Program-made: the position numbers and the translations under genes
The notes under the pieces: generated by a model
What the model was told of the DNA's origin: nothing
Database searches by the model: none
Seen by the model: only the letters and a program-made list of their open reading frames with translations
Origin: Bacilli bacterium
GTDB lineage: Bacteria > Bacillota_I > Bacilli_A > RF39 > UBA660
NCBI GenBank assembly: GCA_007117415.1
Contig: SKGN01000040.1
Coordinates: 1-41,722 of the forward strand
Reading direction: 5' to 3'
DNA: 41,722 nucleotides
In this document: positions 36,472 through 41,722 of the stretch, one piece after another
Numbering within the stretch: position 1 is the stretch's first letter
How the letters are laid out: each line of letters opens with the position of its first letter

Positions 36472-37218
36472 GTGTTGGAAACGTATAACAAACCAATAAT
36501 TGGTATAGTTGGTAGGCCTGACATAACCGGTAATGATGAAGAAGTAATAGGTGTTTATGAACATTACCGAAAAGCAGTCATAAAAAAGGGAGGTATACCA
36601 ATCCTTTTATTACCTAATCAAAACTTAATATATGAAACAACAAAGCCAAGGGAGATGCCTAAATTAACCATTGACGAAAAAGAGGATTTAATTAAGGTCA
36701 TTAATATGTGTGATGGATTAATCATGCAAGGAGGTTCTAAATGGTATGAATATGATGAGTTTATTTGTAATTATGCCATTGATATGGATATACCTTTATT
36801 AGCAACATGCTTAGGGATGCAGATAATGGGAAAAGTTGATAATGACCGAAATAACATAGATGATTATGCAACATTTGAAAATGATACTACCATAGACCAT
36901 TTTCAAAAAGGAATAAAATATGTTCATCAAATAAAAATAGAAGAAAATACTCTCTTGAGTTTGATTATAGATGAACTACATATTGATGTAAATAGTAAAC
37001 ATAATCGGCATATTAAAAAATGTAATTCTTTTAAAGTTGCCGCAGTAGCATCTGATGGCATAATAGAGGCTATTGAATATCCTTGGAAAAAATTTATTTT
37101 AGGTGTTCAGTGGCATCCTGAAAAAATGATAGATTATGATGAAAAGGCCGATAAGATATTTTCTAAATTTATAAAAGAGGCGAGTAGACAATTAAATTTA
37201 GAAAATATAAGAAATTAA
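36472..37218 (+). CDS. Class I glutamine amidotransferase-like / peptidase C26 (gamma-glutamyl hydrolase, PuuD-like) protein
   Basis: The nucleophile elbow is ATCLGMQIM and the His region is GVQWHPE. The GTG start is preceded by AGGGGGGGG. Confidence 0.8.
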   Translation: MLETYNKPIIGIVGRPDITGNDEEVIGVYEHYRKAVIKKGGIPILLLPNQNLIYETTKPREMPKLTIDEKEDLIKVINMCDGLIMQGGSKWYEYDEFICNYAIDMDIPLLATCLGMQIMGKVDNDRNNIDDYATFENDTTIDHFQKGIKYVHQIKIEENTLLSLIIDELHIDVNSKHNRHIKKCNSFKVAAVASDGIIEAIEYPWKKFILGVQWHPEKMIDYDEKADKIFSKFIKEASRQLNLENIRN

Positions 37219-37257
37219 AAATAACTCATAAATATTAATATCTGTAAAGAATTATAA

Positions 37258-37286
37258 GTATTTTTTTTAGATTTTTAATCATAATA
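37258..37286 (+). promoter_or_regulatory. Possible forespore sigma-G/F-type promoter for spoVA genes (GTATT-N17-CATAATA)
   Basis: CATAATA at 37280-86 fits the sigma-G -10 consensus CATnnTA. GTATT at 37258-62 only partly fits the -35 consensus GnATR. Confidence 0.3.
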
Positions 37287-37302
37287 TTGATGAGGCGATC
37301 AT

Positions 37303-37743
37303 ATGGATAAAAAGAGATATAAGGATTTAGTTTCAGTATATACTCCAAAAGAAAATAAGTTGTATAATATAATGAAATCCTTTTTGATAGGTGGATTTTT
37401 GGGTATTATAGGTCAATTTTTGATTGATTTATATATCACTTATTTTGACGTTCCTAATAAGGAAGCAGGAACATATATGATAATAACGTTAATATTTATT
37501 GGTAGTTTATTTACGGCAATCGGTTTTTTTGATAAGGCCGTTAGTTTTGCTAAAGCGGGGTTAATTGTACCTATTACGGGGTTTGCGCATGCGATGACCA
37601 GTTCTGCTTTAGAGTATAAAAGAGAGGGTTTTGTTACTGGCATAGGATCTAATATTTTTAAATTATCAGGAAGTGTTATTTTATATGGCGTAGTATCGGC
37701 ATATGTTTTTGGGATAATAAGATTTATTTTTTTAGGGGGTTAA
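37303..37743 (+). CDS. spoVAC: Stage V sporulation protein AC
   Basis: It is a 146-aa 4-TM protein with TPKEN...FLIGG..G..GQ and ITGFAHAM, as in SpoVAC. It precedes spoVAD and spoVAEb. Confidence 0.85.
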   Translation: MDKKRYKDLVSVYTPKENKLYNIMKSFLIGGFLGIIGQFLIDLYITYFDVPNKEAGTYMIITLIFIGSLFTAIGFFDKAVSFAKAGLIVPITGFAHAMTSSALEYKREGFVTGIGSNIFKLSGSVILYGVVSAYVFGIIRFIFLGG

Positions 37744-37745
37744 AT

Positions 37746-38738
37746 ATGACTATAAAATTTAATAATGTTTTTGTTAAAGCTGCTAGTACAGTTAGTGGTC
37801 CATATGAAAAGAATGGACCTTTGAATCACTTCTTTGATAAAAGTTATAATGATTTATACTTTAATCAAAAAACTTGGGAACAGGCCGAAATGAAAATATT
37901 AGCTGCTAGTGTTGATATTTTATTAAATAAAGTTAATATGGAAAAGAAAGATGTTGATTTATTTATTTCGGGCGATTTATTAAATCAAATAGTTTCTTCA
38001 AATTTTGTAGCATCCTATATAGGAATTCCTTTTTTAGGTCTATATGGAGCTTGTTCTGTATCTTGTGAAGGTCTAATTGTTGGATCTTGTCTAGTTAATA
38101 ATAAACAAATTAATAATTGTATTTGTTCGGTTAGTTCTCATACCGCAGCAGCAGAAAAACAATTTCGTAATCCGATTGAATATGGGGCTCCTAGACCTAA
38201 AACATCCACTTTTACGGCAACAGGAGCAGGAAGCGTTTATTTATCAAGTGAGCTAAGTGATATAAAAATAGAGAGTGGAACGATTGGAAAAGTAGTTGAT
38301 TTGGGAATTAAGGATGCTTTTAACATGGGAGCAGCTATGGCGCCAGCCGCCGCTGATACCATTTATCGCCATTTAACTGATTTTAAAAGGGAACCCGGGT
38401 ATTATGATTTAATATTAACGGGTGATTTAGGAATATATGGTAAAAAATTTTTAATAGATTATTTAAAAACGGAGTATGGATTTGATATAAGTAAAAATTA
38501 TGATGATTGTGGAACGATGTTATATAATATCGGTGAGCAACCAGTCTTTGCTGGCGCTAGTGGGCCGGCTTCTAGTGCCTTAGTGACTTATGGTTATATT
38601 TTTAATAAGATGAAAAAAAGGGAGTTACATAGAGTTTTATTAGTTGCTACGGGAGCATTAATGTCACAAACAACGGTTAATCAAAAATTATCAATTCCAG
38701 GGGTCGCCCACGCTGTTAGTTTTGAGGTGGTAGGATGA
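37746..38738 (+). CDS. spoVAD: Stage V sporulation protein AD (thiolase-like fold)
   Basis: The ORF is 330 aa. GACS..EGL, AAEKQFR.P.EYG and the operon context are typical of SpoVAD. Confidence 0.85.
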   Translation: MTIKFNNVFVKAASTVSGPYEKNGPLNHFFDKSYNDLYFNQKTWEQAEMKILAASVDILLNKVNMEKKDVDLFISGDLLNQIVSSNFVASYIGIPFLGLYGACSVSCEGLIVGSCLVNNKQINNCICSVSSHTAAAEKQFRNPIEYGAPRPKTSTFTATGAGSVYLSSELSDIKIESGTIGKVVDLGIKDAFNMGAAMAPAAADTIYRHLTDFKREPGYYDLILTGDLGIYGKKFLIDYLKTEYGFDISKNYDDCGTMLYNIGEQPVFAGASGPASSALVTYGYIFNKMKKRELHRVLLVATGALMSQTTVNQKLSIPGVAHAVSFEVVG

Positions 38739-39085
38739 TTTATGTTAATGCTTTTATCTTTTCAGGCGTAGTATGTGTTATAGGTCAAATAATATTAGAT
38801 AATACTAGATGGACTCCTGGTCATGTTACATCACTTTTTGTAGTATCAGGAGCTTTATTAGATGTTTTTGCCATATATGATAAATTTGTAATTTGGGCTG
38901 GTGGAGGAGCTTTGGTTCCTATAACTAGTTTTGGACATCTGCTTATACATGGAGCGTTAGAGAAAGCTGAAGAATTTAGTCTTTTAGGATTAAGCATGGG
39001 AATGTTTGATTTAACTGCCTCAGGCATTATATCCGCTATTATCATAGCGTTTGTTCTAGCAATTATATTTAAACCCAAACATTAG
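38735..39085 (+). CDS. spoVAEb: Stage V sporulation protein AEb
   Basis: The 116-aa membrane protein has VPITSFGH and is paralogous in pattern to SpoVAC. It shares an ATGA overlap with spoVAD. Confidence 0.8.
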   Translation: MIYVNAFIFSGVVCVIGQIILDNTRWTPGHVTSLFVVSGALLDVFAIYDKFVIWAGGGALVPITSFGHLLIHGALEKAEEFSLLGLSMGMFDLTASGIISAIIIAFVLAIIFKPKH

Positions 39086-39102
39086 CGATAATCGCTTTTT
39101 TT
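39084..39102 (+). terminator. Weak rho-independent terminator after spoVAEb
   Basis: AGCGA-TAA-TCGCT forms a hairpin followed by TTTTTT. Confidence 0.45.
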
Positions 39103-39148
39103 GTTGAAGAAAAAGGGTATTCATGATAAAATATAAATAGGTGAAAAT

Positions 39149-39775
39149 ATGAGATGGAATATGATAAAAATATTAGTTGATGCTATGCATCAAGAAATAT
39201 TTAAAACCAAAGAACAAACAAGTTTTAATGATGAAGAAAAATCTTTTTATATATATAAATATTTAGTTGAAAACATAAAGTATGATTATAAATTATTAAA
39301 AGATAGGGAACAAAATGCTTTAACTAAGGAAATAAGAAATAAAAAAGCTGTAAACAATTATGATGAAATTATGAATGTTTTTACTAATAAAAAAGGCATA
39401 TGTTCATCTATTTCACAAGTTTATAAACTTTTATTAGAAAAAAGCAATATTGAATCTAAGGCCATAATTTGCAATGATGGTAATTTGGTTAAGCATCAAT
39501 TAAACTTAGTCAAAAGGAACAATGCTTGGACTTTTGATGATGTTACTAGAGGTATAATCTATAAAAATGAAGGTCTTGAAAACTTTAATTATAATTATGA
39601 AAGATGTCCAATTATTAATCAAACAATACTTGGTGTTCTTCCTGAAGATTATTATGACGCTGTATTAGGAAGAGAAGAAAAAAGAATGCCAGAACCTTTT
39701 AATGAGTTTTCTTTATACAATTTACCTTTAGGTGTTATTAATAAAGAAAAGAGTAATAATAATTTTTCAAAATAA
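39149..39775 (+). CDS. Hypothetical protein, possible transglutaminase-like cysteine protease fold
   Basis: KKGICSSISQVYKLLLEKSNIESKAI ... KHQLNLV ... WTFDDVT resembles the Cys-His-Asp transglutaminase-core spacing. This is weak, by-eye recognition only. Confidence 0.45.
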   Translation: MRWNMIKILVDAMHQEIFKTKEQTSFNDEEKSFYIYKYLVENIKYDYKLLKDREQNALTKEIRNKKAVNNYDEIMNVFTNKKGICSSISQVYKLLLEKSNIESKAIICNDGNLVKHQLNLVKRNNAWTFDDVTRGIIYKNEGLENFNYNYERCPIINQTILGVLPEDYYDAVLGREEKRMPEPFNEFSLYNLPLGVINKEKSNNNFSK

Positions 39776-39790
39776 ATTAGGATGTGTGTT

Positions 39791-40519
39791 ATGGAATATA
39801 AAGTTAAAATAAATGAGTTTGAAGGACCATTAGATTTATTACTACATTTGATAAAAGATGCTAATATTGATATTTATGATATTAAATTAGAAGAAATAAC
39901 GAAGCAATATTTAAATTATATTAAAGCGATGGAAACCTTAAATTTATCAATTGCTAGTGAATATTTAGTTATGGCGGCGGAGCTTATTGAATTAAAATCA
40001 AAGTCTCTTTTACCTAATAATAAGAATGATGATAATGATGAGTTTGAAGAAGATCCAAGGGAAGTTTTAATTAGAAAATTAATTGATTATAAAAAATATA
40101 AGGAGTTAACTTCTTATTTCAAGGAATTAGAAAGTACCCGTAAATTTATTTATACTAAGACACCCTCTAATATAAGTGAGTTTAGTAATAAAACCGCTAT
40201 TAAGAATGATAATAATACTTCCGTAGATGATTTGTTATTAGCGTTCAAGAAATTTGTTGAACGCAAAAATTATGAAAAGCCATTAAACACTACGGTTACT
40301 TATAAAGAGTTTTCAGTAAGTGAAAGAACTAGCGCTATAAGAAAAATGTTAACTGATAATAAGCGTATTTATTTTGAAGATTTATTTGAAAATGGGAATA
40401 AACCTTTTATTATTGTTACCTTTTTAGCCATCTTAGAATTAGCTAATAAGGAAGAGATTGTAATCAAACAAAAAGAACTTTTTGATAAAATATATATAGA
40501 ATTAAGAGGATGTGCATAA
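39791..40519 (+). CDS. scpA: Segregation and condensation protein A
   Basis: INEFEGPLDLLLHLI and ITKQYL.Y are the ScpA signature N-terminus. The second in-frame ATG (39791) is better spaced from AGGA than the track start 39782. Confidence 0.9.
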   Translation: MEYKVKINEFEGPLDLLLHLIKDANIDIYDIKLEEITKQYLNYIKAMETLNLSIASEYLVMAAELIELKSKSLLPNNKNDDNDEFEEDPREVLIRKLIDYKKYKELTSYFKELESTRKFIYTKTPSNISEFSNKTAIKNDNNTSVDDLLLAFKKFVERKNYEKPLNTTVTYKEFSVSERTSAIRKMLTDNKRIYFEDLFENGNKPFIIVTFLAILELANKEEIVIKQKELFDKIYIELRGCA

Positions 40520-40520
40520 A

Positions 40521-41084
40521 ATGAATTTAAATGCTGTTTTAGAAGGTCTTTTATTTGTAGTAGGGGATGACGGATTAACTTTAGAACAAATAGAAGAAAT
40601 TTTAGTTGTTAGTGCTGAAGAAGCTAAAAGCATATTGCTTAATTTAAAGCAAAAATATGAAGATGATAATAGAGGAATTAGAATAAATTATTTAGGAAAT
40701 ACTTTTAAATTAACGACTAAAGAAGAACATAGAGAATATTATCAAAGATTAATTTCTAGTGATAAAAACAATCCTTTATCGCAATCAGCGCTTGAAATTT
40801 TAGCCATCATAGTGTATAATGAGCCTGTTACTAGAATGCAAGTTGATGAGTTAAGAGGCGTTAGTAGCGGTCAAATGATTAGAAAATTAGTTGCTAAAGG
40901 TTTAGTTAAAGAAATAGGACGTTCGGAATTACCTGGAAGACCGATTCTTTATAAGACAACTAATGAATTTTTAGATTATTTTGGTTTGTCATCAAAGGAA
41001 GAACTTCCTAAACTTGATATTTTTAGTGAAGAATCTATTGAAGAAACGGATTTGTTTCTATCAAAGTATCAGGAAGAAAATTAA
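40521..41084 (+). CDS. scpB: Segregation and condensation protein B
   Basis: LEGLLFVVGDDGLTLEQI, LSQSALEILAIIVYNEPVTRMQVDELRGV and GRPILYKTT.EFLDYFGL are present. ATG 40521 lies just after the scpA stop. Confidence 0.9.
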   Translation: MNLNAVLEGLLFVVGDDGLTLEQIEEILVVSAEEAKSILLNLKQKYEDDNRGIRINYLGNTFKLTTKEEHREYYQRLISSDKNNPLSQSALEILAIIVYNEPVTRMQVDELRGVSSGQMIRKLVAKGLVKEIGRSELPGRPILYKTTNEFLDYFGLSSKEELPKLDIFSEESIEETDLFLSKYQEEN

Positions 41085-41099
41085 TTTTTCTTTTATCTT

Positions 41100-41186
41100 G
41101 CCAGTGTGGCGGAATTGGTAGACGCGCCAGACTCAAAATCTGGTGTTGGTAACATCGTGTCGGTTCAAGTCCGACCACTGGCACCA
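41100..41186 (+). tRNA. tRNA-Leu (anticodon CAA), type II with long variable arm, CCA encoded
   Basis: The acceptor pairs GCCAGTG with CACTGGC. The anticodon stem-loop is CCAGA-CTCAAAA-TCTGG, and the T-arm is GTCGG-TTCAAGT-CCGAC, followed by ACCA. Confidence 0.9.
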
Positions 41187-41214
41187 ATTTATAAACATTT
41201 AAAGGAGATATAAT

Positions 41215-41556
41215 ATGAAGAAGTTAAAAATATTCATTTTAATTATTACTATATTTTTTATAACTGCTTGTGGTAATATTTATTCAAAATTAGAAAAAGA
41301 ATTAAACGAAAAAACGGCTTTATATTATGAAACTTTTTCAAAAGGAAAAATTTTAGGAGTTAATAATTATAAAATATCATTAGAAGCGATGGAAAATAAC
41401 GGTTATAATATAGAAAACTTTATTGATAATAATTGTAGTAAAGAATCTTATGGTTTAGTTATTTTAGATTTAGATGAAACTGGTGCCCCGATAGGCGATT
41501 ACATCATAGAAACCTTTTTAATTTGTGATGATTATAAATCTGAAGCATTAAAGTAA
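41215..41556 (+). CDS. Putative lipoprotein, unknown function
   Basis: The signal peptide carries a lipobox (IFFITA-C). RBS is AAGGAG. The ORF is 113 aa. Confidence 0.6.
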   Translation: MKKLKIFILIITIFFITACGNIYSKLEKELNEKTALYYETFSKGKILGVNNYKISLEAMENNGYNIENFIDNNCSKESYGLVILDLDETGAPIGDYIIETFLICDDYKSEALK

Positions 41557-41578
41557 TATATTTAATCTTTAAAAAGTA

Positions 41579-41607
41579 TTGCCAAAGCTAGTATATTTTG
41601 GTATATT
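41579..41607 (+). promoter_or_regulatory. Putative sigma-A promoter for the tRNA gene(s) (TTGCCA-N17-TATATT with TGn extended -10)
   Basis: TTGCCA is at 41579-84, with an exact 17-nt spacer ending in TGg and TATATT at 41602-07, about 20 nt before the tRNA 5' end. Confidence 0.55.
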
Positions 41608-41627
41608 ATTAGTGCTTCTTTTTTTAT

Positions 41628-41704
41628 GGCGATGTAGCTCAGCTGGCTAGAGCGTTCGGCTCATACCCGAAAGGTCGGGAGTTCAAGTCTCCCCGTCGCT
41701 ACCA
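41628..41704 (+). tRNA. tRNA-Met (anticodon CAT; elongator-type by similarity to Bacillus tRNA-Met)
   Basis: GGCGATGTAGCTCAGCTGGCTAGAGCG is followed by the anticodon stem-loop TTCGG-CTCATAC-CCGAA and the T-arm CGGGAGTTCAAGTCTCCCCG, then the acceptor 3' strand and ACCA. It lacks the initiator features (three G:C pairs in the anticodon stem). A lysidine-modified Ile2 identity cannot be excluded from sequence alone. Confidence 0.8.
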
Positions 41705-41722
41705 ATAATGGTTGAAATGGCT

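Noticed and set aside
37440-39078. Minus-strand ORFs 37440..37643 and 38821..39078
   Set aside because: They are antisense within spoVAC and spoVAEb, and both sense genes are confidently recognised.
1-41722. CRISPR arrays, transposases/IS elements, integrases, prophage or defence-island signatures, and alternative genetic code (TGA=Trp)
   Set aside because: No regularly spaced direct repeats, no recombinase or transposase-like ORFs and no terminal inverted repeats were seen. All long ORFs close properly with the standard code, several end in TGA, and Trp is encoded by TGG, so code 4 is excluded.

Overview
This is a strongly AT-rich, standard-code (TGA = stop) chromosomal window from an endospore-forming Bacillota (Firmicutes) bacterium. 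It is almost entirely core genome, and nearly all genes are on the + strand. Gene order recalls Bacillus subtilis: dnaD facing ponA-recU, then gpsB-rnpB, then rodZ-pgsA-recA-rny, the ymfF/ymfH-like M16 peptidase pair, and scpA-scpB. Other housekeeping genes are pgi, hup, cca, deoD, leuS, two tRNAs and a type-B RNase P RNA. I saw no CRISPR array, transposase, integrase, prophage block or obvious defence island. Four loci stand out. (1) leuS encodes a 950-aa LeuRS that keeps all synthetase and editing motifs but carries an in-frame insertion of about 158 aa with a perfect Nudix box, placed just after the CP1 editing domain. This is the most unusual feature I can support. (2) A tightly packed block runs cse60-like, MurJ/YtgP/SpoVB-type flippase, FemAB-family transferase, ATP-grasp ligase and class-I glutamine amidotransferase/C26 protein, directly upstream of spoVAC-spoVAD-spoVAEb. 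It looks like an uncharacterised peptidoglycan stem-peptide or cross-bridge modification module, possibly linked to sporulation. (3) A giant ORF of at least 2338 aa resembles cyclic beta-1,2-glucan synthase (GT84 + GH94). Its frame is open to the window edge and it overlaps pgi as TAATG. (4) A cytoplasmic GH31-family hydrolase has a non-canonical nucleophile motif. All functional calls rest on motif and family recognition by eye; no database search was run.
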